Part shown: piece by piece, positions 48,110 to 57,983 of the stretch
Layout of the letters: every line of letters begins with the position of its first letter
Position numbering within the stretch: the first letter of the stretch is position 1
Assembly: GCA_963784705.1 (NCBI GenBank)
Contig: CAWASC010000008.1
Location: 292,334 to 356,333 of the forward strand
From: an uncultured Actinomycetota bacterium
Lineage (GTDB): Bacteria; Actinomycetota; Actinomycetes; Mycobacteriales; SCTD01
Length of the DNA: 64,000 bases
Reading direction: 5' to 3'
Notes under the pieces: generated by a model
Seen by the model: only the letters and a program-made list of their open reading frames with translations
Databases searched by the model: none
What the model was told of the DNA's origin: nothing
Made by a program: the position numbers and the translations under genes

Positions 48110-48936
48110 TCAACCCAGTCGGGTGACCATGACGCTCACGGACAGGTGCTGCGCACCACCCCCGGCGTACACGCCCTTGATGGGTGAGACGTCGGTGTAG
48201 TCACGGCCACGGGCCACGACGACGTGTCGCTCCCCCGCGGGTGCCAGGTTCGTGGGGTCGAAGCCCCACCAGCCGCCCAGCCACGCCTCGACCCACGCGT
48301 GGCTCTCCCCGGCGACCGTGGCTCCGACCTCGGGCTCCTTGCTCGGGTGCAGGTAGCCGCTCACGTAGCGCGCCGGGATGCCCCGGCGAGCGCAGTCCCG
48401 CGAGCGTGACGTGGGCGATGTCCTGGCACACGCCCTTGCCCAGTCCCCAGGCGTCGATGGCGCGGGTCCCGACCCCGGTGCTCCCGGGCACGTAGGCCAC
48501 CCGCCCGTGCACCAGCTCCGCCACGCCCAGCAGGACGTCGTACGGCGATCCGGTGACGTTGCCGCACAGCTCGACGAGCTCGGGGTCGGGCTCGGTGCGC
48601 GGGCTCGCGCCGACCAGCTCCGGGTGCAGGTCGCGGGCGTCGTCGAGGACGCCCAGTCGACCTCCGGCGGCGGGCTGGCGTTGGCCGTGTCGACGACCGA
48701 GGTGCAGGTGACCTCGAGGCTGGTGTGCGGCACGTGCACGTCGAAGGCCACCACCTGCGTGCCCCAGTAGTCCCAGTAGCGCTGCTGCGGCGCGTCCGGA
48801 CGGGTGCGACGGCGCTGGACAGGGTCAGCTGGGCGAGGCCGGTCTGCGGGACGAGGCGCACCTCGTTGTAGGACGAGACCACCTCGGTGTCGTAGGCGTA
48901 CTCGCTGCGGTGCACCACCTGAAGGCGCATGCTCAT
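48110..48936 (-). pseudogene. Transglutaminase-like protein (Bact_transglu_N + TGase core), three frame breaks
   Basis: Start ATG 48936 (MSMRLQVVHRSEYAYDTEVVSSYNEVRLVP) in ORF 48361..49728. Middle VAFDVHVPHTSLEVTCTSVV in ORF 48110..48754. Catalytic GKGVCQDIAHVTLAGLRS in ORF 48201..48524. C-terminus IPARYVSGYLHP...GESHAWVEAW...FDPTN is back in ORF 48110..48754. Confidence 0.8.
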
Positions 48937-49864
48937 GCGTCGCTCCAGGACAGGGCGGCGGTGTGGTGGAAGTAGCGCGCGGCGAGCGCCGACCCGGTGT
49001 CGGCGCAGGTCATCTGCAGCCCCTCGAGCAGCTCCGGCAGGTCGGCCATCAGGCCGGCGGAGACGCGGTACTCCAGGTCGGTGCGGGCGCGACCGAGCAG
49101 GCGACGGGCCACCGCGTCGACGCCGACCCGGCCCATGCCGGGGTCGAGCTCGGCCAGGCACCGCTCGGCCTGCGACAGAGCGGCGTAGATCGATCGCGGG
49201 AACAGCCGGTCGAGCACGAGGAACTCCACGACCCGGTCCGGCTCGACGGCGGCGCGGTAGGTGCGCAGGTAGGCCTCGTGCGCGCTGCAGCTCTTGAGCA
49301 GACCGATCCAGCCCGAGCTCGAGCCGCGCTGCTGCCCCCGCGCCCACAGCAGGCGGGCGGTCATGTCGACGCGCTCGAGGGAGCGGCCGAGCACGAGGAA
49401 GCGCCAGCCGTCGTCGCGCGGCATGGTGCTGTCGAGCAGCCCGCTCGACCACCGCGCCGCGCTCGCGGACGTAGCGGAAGAACCCGCCCGGGCCGTGCCG
49501 CTCCGCGCGCGGCCTGCTGGCTCGGGAGCGCGTGGTAGGTCGCGTTGATGGCCTCCCACAGCTCGCTCGACAGGGCCTCGCGCACACCCCGGGCGTTCTC
49601 GCGCGCCGCGGCGAGCGCGCCGACGATGGAGCTGGTGTCCCCGCTGGCGAAGGCGAGACGGTCGGTCGTGCCGCGCACGTCGGTCGGCGCGTCCTCGTCC
49701 TCGACGCCCATGACCGACAGCAGGTCACGGCAGGCGGCGAGCTGGTCGACCCAGGGGTCCTCGAGCAGGCCCTGGACGTGCACGTCGAGCAGGCGGCTGG
49801 TGTCCTCGGCGCGCTCGACGTAGCGACCGATCCAGTAGAGCGACTCGGCGACTCGGCTCAGCAC
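48933..49864 (-). pseudogene. Alpha-E domain protein (DUF403 type), two frame breaks
   Basis: Start GTG 49864 (VLSRVAESLYWIGRYVERAED) in ORF 49361..49972. A short middle piece (HGPGGFFRYVRER) is in ORF 48361..49728. The C-terminus (DDGWRFLVLGRSLERVDMTARLL...) is in ORF 48933..49559. ATGA overlap with the TGase start. Confidence 0.8.
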
Positions 49865-51419
49865 GACGTCGCCCCCTGCTGCTGTTGCTGCTGCTGGTCC
49901 TGCCAGGGGCCGCGGTCGAGGGCGTAGTCGGTCGAGCTGGCCGACGCCCGAGGATCGGCTCGTCGGCGTCACCCTCCGCCGGACCGTGGTCGCCGGCGAG
50001 CACCCAGGTGTCCTTGGAGCCGCCGCCCTGGCTGGAGTTGACGACCAGCGAGCCCTCCGGCAGCGCGACGCGGGTCAGCCCACCCGGCACCACCCAGATG
50101 TCGGTGCCGTCGTTGACCGCGAACGGGCGCAGGTCGACGTGCCGCGGTGCCAGCCGGTCGCCGACGCTCGTCGGGCTGGTCGACAGCTGCACCACCCGCT
50201 GAGCGATCCAGCCGCGCGGGTCGGTGCGGATCGCCGTACCGAGCGCAGCGAGCTCCTCGTCGCTGGCCTGCGGACCGATGACCAGGCCCTTGCCGCCGCT
50301 GCCGTCGACGGGCTTGAGCACGAGCTCGTCGAGGCGGTCGAGGACGTAGGCGCACTCGTCGGGGTCGTCGAGCCGGTGCGTCGCGACGTTGTCGAGGACC
50401 GGCTCCTCTCCCAGGTAGTAGCGGATCAGCTCGGGGACGTAGGTGTAGATGAGCTTGTCGTCGGCCACGCCGTTGCCGACCGCGTTGGCGATGGTCACCT
50501 GACCGAGGCGGGCGGCGTTGAGGATGCCGGGGCAGCCGACCATCGAGTCCGGTCGGAAGTGCAGCGGGTCGAGGAAGTCGTCGTCGATGCGGCGGTAGAC
50601 GACGTCGACGCGCTGCTCGCCCGCCGTCGTCCGCATCCACACCTTGCCCTCGCGACAGGTGAGGTCGCGGCCCTCGACCAGCTCGACGCCCATGAGGCGG
50701 GCGAGCAGGGAGTGCTCGAAGTAGGCGCTGTTGTAGACCCCGGGCGTGAGGACGACGACCGTGGGGTCGTAGACGCCCGCGGGGGCCGAGGCACGAAGGG
50801 CGTGCAGCAACCGGGCGGGGTACTCCGCCACGGGGCGCACCCGGTGGGTGGTGAACAGCTCGGGGAACACCCGCGCCATGGCCCGGCGGTTCTCCACGAC
50901 GTACGAGATCCCGCTGGGGGTGCGGAGGTTGTCCTCGAGGACGCGGAACCTGCCCTCCTCGTCGCGGATGAGGTCGACGCCCGAGACGTGCACCCGGACG
51001 CCGTTCGCCGGCCGCACGCCCTGCGCGGCGCGGCAGTGGGCGCTGCTGCTCACGATCACGCGCAGCGGCACGATGCCGTCCTTGACGACCGCCTGCTCGC
51101 CGTACACGTCGGCGAGGAACATCTCCAGCGCCTTGACGCGCTGCTGCACACCGCGCTCGACGTCCACCCACTCGCTGGCGGTGACCACCCGCGGCACCAG
51201 GTCGAGCGGGAAGGTCCGCTCCTCACCCGACAGGCTGAAGGTGATGCCCTGGTCGCGGAACGCACGGGTCAGCGCCGTGCTGCGACTGGCGAGGTCCTCC
51301 GCGGTCATCTCGCGCAGGGCCTCGTAGAGCGCCGCGCTCTCCGGGTGCGGGGTGCCGTCCGCGGCGAAGACCTCGTCCCACGCGGCGCCGCGTGCGTAGC
51401 CGTCGAAGAGGTCCCCCAT
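49858..51419 (-). pseudogene. Circularly permuted ATP-grasp type 2 protein, one frame break near the 3' end
   Basis: ATG 51419 (MGDLFDGYARGAAWDEVF) in ORF 49725..51632, intact to ...SSQGGGSKDTWVLAG. After a shift near 49940-49990 a second frame reads ...YALDRGPWQDQQQQQQQGATSC, ending at TGA 49860-49858 and overlapping the alpha-E GTG (GTGCTGA). Confidence 0.8.
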
Positions 51420-51441
51420 CGGCGTCACGCTAGGCACGCGT

Positions 51442-51490
51442 GGTGTCGGAGGTGTTGCACGGCCGTGAACTCGGTTGCACCTGCGACACC
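51442..51490. repeat. 13-nt inverted repeat (one mismatch) with 23-nt spacer upstream of the ATP-grasp gene
   Basis: GGTGTCGGAGGTG (51442-51454) and CACCTGCGACACC (51478-51490). TTGCAC occurs twice within and adjacent to the spacer. Confidence 0.7.
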
Positions 51491-51640
51491 TCCTCGTTGG
51501 GCCTTCCTCGCTCGGCCGCTGCTGCGCAGGGCCGTCCGGTGAACCTATCGGGCCGGAGCGCTCCTCGCCCGGGCTTGCCCCACCCCGCTGGCTGCTAGTC
51601 TTGCTCGACCGCATGCGGCGTCGCTGCTGCATGCCTCTGC

Positions 51641-51676
51641 TTCCGTGACACCTTCCGTGACACCTTCCGTGAACCG
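51641..51676. repeat. 12-bp tandem repeat x3 (TTCCGTGACACC) upstream of rpsT
   Basis: TTCCGTGACACC TTCCGTGACACC TTCCGTGAACCG, read directly, ~40 nt upstream of the rpsT GTG. Confidence 0.9.
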
Positions 51677-51715
51677 ACCTGCTTCACAGACTGCTCAGAC
51701 GAGGACCCTTCCGCA

Positions 51716-51985
51716 GTGGCGAACATCAAGAGCCAGATCAAGCGCATCAAGACCAACGAGAAGGCGCGCCTGCGCAACAAGTCGGTCAAGAGCGCACTGA
51801 AGACGTCGGTCCGCAAGTTCCGCGAGGCCGCGGAGTCCGGCGACGCCGCTGCTGCCACGACCGCGATGCAGACCGCGAGCCGTCAGCTCGACAAGGCGGC
51901 CAGCAAGGGCGTCATCCACAGCAACCAGGCCGCGAACCGCAAGTCCGCGATGGCCAAGAAGGCCGCGGAGCTCGCCGCCAAGTAG
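51716..51985 (+). CDS. rpsT: 30S ribosomal protein S20
   Basis: ORF 51716..51985. [30 protein letters not shown] is the canonical S20 N-terminus. Confidence 0.95.
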   Translation: MANIKSQIKRIKTNEKARLRNKSVKSALKTSVRKFREAAESGDAAAATTAMQTASRQLDKAASKGVIHSNQAANRKSAMAKKAAELAAK

Positions 51986-52041
51986 GTCGCTGTCCCGCGC
52001 AGGCGTCGGGCCCCTCCGGGGGTACGGCGCCTTCGTGCTGC

Positions 52042-52305
52042 TCAGGGCAGGTGACGGGCGTGCAGCGCGCCGGCGAGCAGGTCGTGGCACTTCACCACGC
52101 CGCCCACGGCCACCGGGAGCACGACGATCGACCAGGCGGAGGCGAGGTCGGCCATCGCCAGCAGCGCACCGGCGGCGACCATGCCCTCGCCCAGCACCGC
52201 ACGCTGCCAGCTGTTCGGGTGGATGTGCTGCAACCGGAGCAGCCGGGGGTAGAGCGGGTGCTTGCCGTCAGGCCCAGCCTGCGGGTCGGTCTGCGGGTCG
52301 GTCAT
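52042..52305 (-). CDS. Small hydrophobic protein, ATGA-coupled to holA (hypothetical)
   Basis: ORF 52042..52479 trimmed to ATG 52305 (MTDPQTDPQAGPDGKHPLYPRLL...), which overlaps the holA TGA. It has two hydrophobic segments. No family recognised. Confidence 0.4.
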   Translation of the reverse strand: MTDPQTDPQAGPDGKHPLYPRLLRLQHIHPNSWQRAVLGEGMVAAGALLAMADLASAWSIVVLPVAVGGVVKCHDLLAGALHARHLP

Positions 52306-53270
52306 CGGGTGCTGGTCCGCGCCTGGACCACGGCGAACAGCACCCGCTCGACGGCGTAGGCCGCGTCGACGCCAGCGCCCTTGACCTCCCCGTCGGCCAC
52401 GGCAACGGCCTGCAGCGCATCGGACAGGCCCTCCGGCCGCCAGCCCCGTGCCTGCTTCTGGGTCTTCTCGACCTTCCACGGAGGCATGCCGAGCTGACCG
52501 GCGAGCTGGTGCGCCGGCTGGCGACCGGCGCCGGCCACCTGGGCGACGGCGCGCAGTGTGCTGGCCAACGACGACGTCACGAGGACCGGAGCGAGCCCGG
52601 TCGCCTCACCCCACCTCGCCAGCTCGAGCGCACCGGCGAGGTCACCGTCGACCGCGCGGTCGGCGATGGCGAAGCCGCTCGACTCCGCCCTTCCGCGGTG
52701 GTAGCGCGCCACCACCTCGGTCGTGATCGGTCCCTCGGTGTCGGACAGCAGCTGGCTGGCGGCGGAGCAGAGCTCGCGCAGGTCGGAACCGACGGCGTCG
52801 AGCAGCGCGGTGACGGCCTCCTCCGCGACCTGCCGGCCGTCGGAGCGGAGCTCGGCGCGCACCAGGTCGCGCCGTTCGCCTGCCTTGGTGATCTTGGGGG
52901 CGTCGACCCGTCGCGCACCCGCAGCGGCCAGCGCAGTGATCGTCGCCTTGCCCTTCACCCCGCCGGGGTGCACGGCGACGACGCAGATCTCCGGCAGCGG
53001 GTCGGCGGCGTACGCCACGAGCTCGTCGACGACGGCCTTGTCGAGGTCCTGCACACCGCGGAGCACGAGCACCCGCTCGTCCCCGAACAGCGACGGGCTG
53101 AGCACCTCGACCAGGTCCCCCGGAGCGACGCCTGGCGCGTCGAGGTCCACCACCTCGGTCTGCGGGTTGCGGGCCCGCGCGGCGCGCAGGACGGCACTCA
53201 CCGCCCGCGAGACCAGCAGCTCCTCGTCCCCGACCACGAGCGTCAAGGGGACGAGGAGGTCGGCAGCCAT
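52302..53270 (-). CDS. holA: DNA polymerase III subunit delta
   Basis: C-terminal 322 codons of ORF 52302..55772, from MAADLLVPLTLVVGDEELLVSRAV. Typical HolA N-terminus and length. The start coordinate is derived from ORF-track arithmetic. Confidence 0.85.
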   Translation of the reverse strand: MAADLLVPLTLVVGDEELLVSRAVSAVLRAARARNPQTEVVDLDAPGVAPGDLVEVLSPSLFGDERVLVLRGVQDLDKAVVDELVAYAADPLPEICVVAVHPGGVKGKATITALAAAGARRVDAPKITKAGERRDLVRAELRSDGRQVAEEAVTALLDAVGSDLRELCSAASQLLSDTEGPITTEVVARYHRGRAESSGFAIADRAVDGDLAGALELARWGEATGLAPVLVTSSLASTLRAVAQVAGAGRQPAHQLAGQLGMPPWKVEKTQKQARGWRPEGLSDALQAVAVADGEVKGAGVDAAYAVERVLFAVVQARTSTR

Positions 53271-55772
53271 GCCCCCAGCGTAGGGCGGTCCCCGCTGCCG
53301 CACCGGCGCCGCGCCCGGAGCGGGAGCGCGCGGCGGCAAGGCCACGGCGTCGCACCGGGTGAGGGCCGCGGCCGGGAGCCCGAGGACGGGACGCGCGAGG
53401 GTCCCGGTGTCCCGCGGGAGGGCGTGGTGAGCCACCGGCTGCCCCGCGGTCCCCTCCCCGCCGCGACCCACGGAGACCAGGCTGCCGTCCCGAAGGGCGA
53501 GAGCGACATCGCCGTCGAGATCGCTGCGGTAGATCCGCACCCCGTCCACCGCCAGCCGTTGCAGCGTCACGGCCGCGGGGTGGCCGTACGGGTTCCCCGC
53601 GCCGACCGGGGTCAGCGCGACCTGCGCGTGCACCGCGTCGAGGAAGGCAGGGTCCTGCTTACGGCTGCCGTGGTGCGGGACCTTCAGCACGTCGGCCTGC
53701 AGTGTCACGCCTCGCTCGCGCAGTGACCGCTGCGCGTCGCCCTCGAGATCACCGGCGAACAGCACGCTCACCCCGTGCGTGACCAGCCGCAGCACGATCG
53801 AGCTGTTGTTGGGATCGCTGTCGGTGCCATGGCGCGCCGTCGCGTCGATCACCTCCCACCCGACATCGCCGCTCCGACGTACCTCCCCGATCGCGGCCCG
53901 GGAGACCGGGACCCCGCGTGCGCCGAGCCAGCCGAGCAGTCGCTCCCGCTCGACCGCGGGCTCGTCGAGAGGCCCGATCTCCACCTCGCCGACCTTACGA
54001 CCGCGCAGCACGCCGGGGACGCCCTCGACGTGGTCGGCGTGCAGGTGCGTCAGCACGAGCAGCGCGACCTGGGTCACCCCGAGACGCCGCAGGCACCGGT
54101 CGACCCGCTGCGGGTCCGGACCCGCGTCGACGACGAGAACCCCCGTCTCGAGCCGGACGACGTAGCTGTCGCCCTGTCCGACGTCGCAGGACACCAGCAG
54201 CCACCCGGGCGGGGGCCACCCCGGTCGTACGACGACGAGGGCGACCACCGCGAGGACGACCCCTGCCGTGGTCGCGGCGGCGAGGCGCCGCAGGGTGGGC
54301 ACCGACAGGACGACGGCGAGCGACGCGAGCAGGAGCAGCGCGAGACCCGCGCCGAGCCACCCCGCAGGCAGTGTGGTCCCCGCTCCCGGCTGGGCAGCGC
54401 CGGTGTGTGCCAGGGTGACCAGCCACCACGTCGGCACCCACCCCAGCCACGCGCACCCCTGCGCCAGCGGCAACCACACCGGGGCGACCAGCGCGGCGAG
54501 CACCCCCAGCACCGTCGCGGGAGCGACAGCGGGGACGGCGAGCAGGTTCGCGGGTACGGCGAGCAGGCCGACGGACCCGGACAGCGCCACCACCACCGGG
54601 GTGCACGCCACCTGCGCTGCCGCCGGCACGGCGATCGCCTCCGCGAGCCACCTCGGCATCCGGCGGGCCATCCGGTCGCGCCACACGGGCGCCAGCACCA
54701 GCAGGCCGGCGGTGGCGAGCGTCGACAGGGCGAACCCCGGTTGGGGCGCCAGATCGGGGTCCACGAGCACGAGTGCCAGGACGGCCGCGCACAGGGCCGG
54801 CGGGGCCTGAGCACGAGTCCCGCCGGCGAGGGCGAGCAGCCCGACGACGCCCATCGCGCCGGCGCGCAGCACGGAGGGCTCGGGGCGAGCCAGCACCACG
54901 AACGCGAGCAGCGCGAGCACACCCAAGAGCGGTCGCAGTCGCAGGGCCAGGCCGACCCAGCGACACAGCAGCAGCGCTGCGCCGACCACGACGGCGACGT
55001 TGGACCCGCTGACGGCTGTGAGGTGGGTGAGCCCGGTCGTGCGGAAGTCTTCCTGCAGCCGCGGGTCGAGGCGGCTGACGTCCCCGTCGACGAGCCCCGG
55101 GAGCAGTCCCCGCTCGTCGTGCGGCAGCGGGTCGGTCGCGTCGCGCAAGCCCTGGCGCAAGCGCCCTGCCACCCGCTGCACCACCGAGGGCCCGCCGAGC
55201 CGCACGACCTCCCCGCGCACGGACAGGAGAGCGGTGACGTCGTCCCCGCGGTCCGCTGCGCGCACCCGGCCCTCGAGCCGGAGGCGTTGGCTGGGCAGCA
55301 GGCCGAGCAGGGAGTCGTCGGAGGACAGCACGAGCAGGGGTTGACGCAGGTGCGTGCTCACGCCGGCCGTGGTCAGGGTCGTCACCCGGCCCTTGGCGAT
55401 GACCAACCGGCGGAAGGCCAGCACGTCCCCGCGCGGTGGCACCACACGGGGATCGGTGAGCAGGGTGACCTCGACGGTGACCGACGCCGTGCGCCGTGCC
55501 GCCTCGGCGAGCGGCCCGGAGGTGCGTGCCTGCACGTGGACGCCGGTGACGACCGCCGCTGCTGCCGCGGCGACGCACGCACCCGCCGCGACGACGCCGA
55601 CACCGGAGACACCGATGCGGCGGCTGGTCAGCAGGGCGAGACCGGCCACGACCAGCACCGGCGCCCCCACCAGCAGCCACGTCGGTGGGAGCAACCGACC
55701 GAGCCAGGCGACCAGCCACGCCGCGGCGGCGGGGGGTGCGAGGCGTAGGTCCAGAGCGGGACGGCCGCTCAC
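53271..55772 (-). CDS. comEC: Competence protein ComEC/Rec2 (membrane domain + metallo-beta-lactamase domain); no stop of its own in this frame
   Basis: GTG 55772 (GTGA overlap with the comEA stop). Multi-TM competence domain, then VSCDVGQGDS...LTHLHADHVEG...KVPHHGS MBL motifs. The frame continues uninterrupted into holA. Confidence 0.8.
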
Positions 55773-56500
55773 ACCCGCACCTTTGCCTTCAGGCTGGCGT
55801 ACTTGGACTCACCGATGCCGGACACCTCCCGCAGCTGGTCGACCGACGCGAACCTGCCGTGCTCGGTGCGCCAGTCCACGATCCGCTCGGCGAGCACCGG
55901 GCCGATGCCGGGCAGCTCCTCGAAGTCCTTGGCGGTCGCCGCGTTGAGGTCCAGCAGGCCCGACCCCGGTGCCCCTCCCGGTCCCCCGGCCGCACCGATC
56001 GGGGCCGTGACACCGACGAGCAGCTGCTCGCCGTCCGTCAGCTTGCGCGCGAGGTTCAGCGCCGTGGTGGACACCCCGGGAAGCGCCCCTCCGGCACGGC
56101 GAAGCGCGTCGTCGACGCGGGACCCCGGCGACAGGTGCACCAGTCCCGGCCGACGCACCTTGCCCGCCACGTCGACGACGATCTCCGCACCGGGCGCCGC
56201 GGAGGACCGCGCACCCGTGCCGGGCACCGGTGGCACGGTCGCCGGCACCTCGCTCGGACGGCCACGCAGGACCAGCACCCCGGCCACCCCCGCCGCGACG
56301 ACCGCGACGAGCAGCAGCGCGAGCACCCCGCGGCGCCCTGGGTCCCACCGACCGCGCGTCAGCACCTGCCGCACCGAGGTCTCGTCGGCGAGGTCGGGCT
56401 GCTGCGGCACCCAGCCCCCTGATGATCCGGTGGGCACCCCGGTCAGGCCGTGCAGGCGCTCGACGACGTCAGGGTCGGGCTCGGCAGGTCGGAAGGGCAC
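55769..56500 (-). CDS. comEA: ComEA family DNA-binding protein
   Basis: ORF 55769..56500. N-terminal TM segment, SLBB-like middle, C-terminal helix-hairpin-helix pair LDLNAATAKDFEELPGIGPVLAERIVDWR...VSGIGESKYASL. Confidence 0.9.
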   Translation of the reverse strand: MPFRPAEPDPDVVERLHGLTGVPTGSSGGWVPQQPDLADETSVRQVLTRGRWDPGRRGVLALLLVAVVAAGVAGVLVLRGRPSEVPATVPPVPGTGARSSAAPGAEIVVDVAGKVRRPGLVHLSPGSRVDDALRRAGGALPGVSTTALNLARKLTDGEQLLVGVTAPIGAAGGPGGAPGSGLLDLNAATAKDFEELPGIGPVLAERIVDWRTEHGRFASVDQLREVSGIGESKYASLKAKVRV

Positions 56501-56560
56501 CGGGCGACGCTAGGGACGGCGCCCTGGCGATCCGCCGCCTACCAGCAGGTCTGTGGACGG

Positions 56561-57118
56561 TCAGGCCCGCTGTGGACGACGCCCAGCCCGAAGGTTGCCG
56601 GTGTGCCGGACCACGACGAGCACGGCGAGGGCCGCGGCCCACCCGCGGTCCTGTCCAGCGACCAGCGCGGTGACCAGGACGGCCACCGACGCGCAGACGG
56701 ACGCCAGCGCGACCCACCTGCCGACCGCCAGCACCAGGAGCCAGACGGCCAGCACGACGAGCACCCACGCGGGGTGCACCCCCAGGACCGCGCCGGCAGC
56801 GGTCGCCACCCCCTTGCCCCCGCGTCCCCGAAGGTACGGCGAGGTGATGTGCCCGAGCACGGCGGCGAGTCCGACGACGAGTCCGAGCCGGTGGTCGACG
56901 AGACCGAACCCTGCCGCGGGCACCGCACCTTTGGCCACGTCGAGCAACGCGACGAGCACCCCGGCCCGCCGACCGAGCGCCCGACCGGCGTTCGTCGCGC
57001 CAGGGTTACCCGAGCCGATGGCGCGCAGATCGACACCTCGCGCTCGCGCGAGCAGGGTCGCCGGTGAGATGGCGCCGACGAGGTAGCCGACGACGGCTGC
57101 CGAGATCAGCGCCGCCAC
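56561..57118 (-). CDS. plsY: Glycerol-3-phosphate acyltransferase PlsY
   Basis: ORF 56561..57118. The GSGNPGATNAGRALG motif and a 5-TM profile. Confidence 0.9.
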   Translation of the reverse strand: MAALISAAVVGYLVGAISPATLLARARGVDLRAIGSGNPGATNAGRALGRRAGVLVALLDVAKGAVPAAGFGLVDHRLGLVVGLAAVLGHITSPYLRGRGGKGVATAAGAVLGVHPAWVLVVLAVWLLVLAVGRWVALASVCASVAVLVTALVAGQDRGWAAALAVLVVVRHTGNLRAGRRPQRA

Positions 57119-57945
57119 ACCACGACCCCGAGCATGCCCGGGCCGACGTGCGCGCCGACGACCGCGCCGACCTCACTGACGTAGAGCGACTGAAGTCCAG
57201 GCAGCTCGGCGCGCAGCTCGTCGGCGAGGACCGCTGCGCGGGCGGGCGCGGCCAGGTGGTGCACCGCCACATCGACCGGTCCCTCCCCCGCCGCCGTACG
57301 GACGAGCTCGCGCAGCCGCGCCATCGCGCGGCTGAACGTCCGCACCTTGTCCAGCAGCTCGATCGACCCGTCGCGCAGCACCAGCAGGGGCTTCACCGAC
57401 AGCGCCGTACCCACCAGCGCCGACGTCGCCGTCACGCGGCCACCGCGGCGCAGGTGCTCGAGGGTGTCGACGTAGAACACCTCGTACGCGTCGGCGTCCC
57501 GCGCGGCGGCCTCGACGCAGTCCACCGACGCTCCACCGGACGCCGCCTCCGCGGCCGCGATCACCCGGAACCCCAGACCCATGGCGAGACTGCGGCTGTC
57601 GACCACGCGCACGTCGATGCCCTGCTCGGCCACCACCCGCGCCGCGACGACCGCGGCGTCGTACGTCCCGGAGAGGGCGGCGGACAGGTGCACCGACACG
57701 ATCTCGCGCACCCCGCAGGCCTGGTACGTCGAGACGAGCTGACCGGGAGTGGGGCGCGACGTGGTGACCTGGACGCGGCGCTCACCGAGGGCCCGCGCGA
57801 CGTCAGCCGGCAGGACCTCGACGCCCTCCTGCCCCGACCAGCCGCCGAGCACGACGTGCAGGGGCACGACGTCGACGCCGTACTTGTCCGCCACGCCGTC
57901 GGGCAGGTAGGCGGTCGAGTCGGTGACGACAGCGACCTGGGACAC
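57106..57945 (-). CDS. DegV family fatty-acid-binding protein
   Basis: ORF 57106..57945. VAVVTDSTAYLP N-terminus and a typical ~280-aa DegV length. Confidence 0.9.
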   Translation of the reverse strand: MSQVAVVTDSTAYLPDGVADKYGVDVVPLHVVLGGWSGQEGVEVLPADVARALGERRVQVTTSRPTPGQLVSTYQACGVREIVSVHLSAALSGTYDAAVVAARVVAEQGIDVRVVDSRSLAMGLGFRVIAAAEAASGGASVDCVEAAARDADAYEVFYVDTLEHLRRGGRVTATSALVGTALSVKPLLVLRDGSIELLDKVRTFSRAMARLRELVRTAAGEGPVDVAVHHLAAPARAAVLADELRAELPGLQSLYVSEVGAVVGAHVGPGMLGVVVWRR

Positions 57946-57983
57946 GCCAGCAAACCTAACCCGAACGACGAGCCCCGGACGTC

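Noticed and set aside
52302-55772. Calling the 1156-aa ORF a bona fide bifunctional ComEC-HolA protein
   Set aside because: Both halves are complete stand-alone proteins joined by low-complexity sequence. This assembly demonstrably contains many 1-nt indels. It is reported as a finding to verify, not as a fusion gene.
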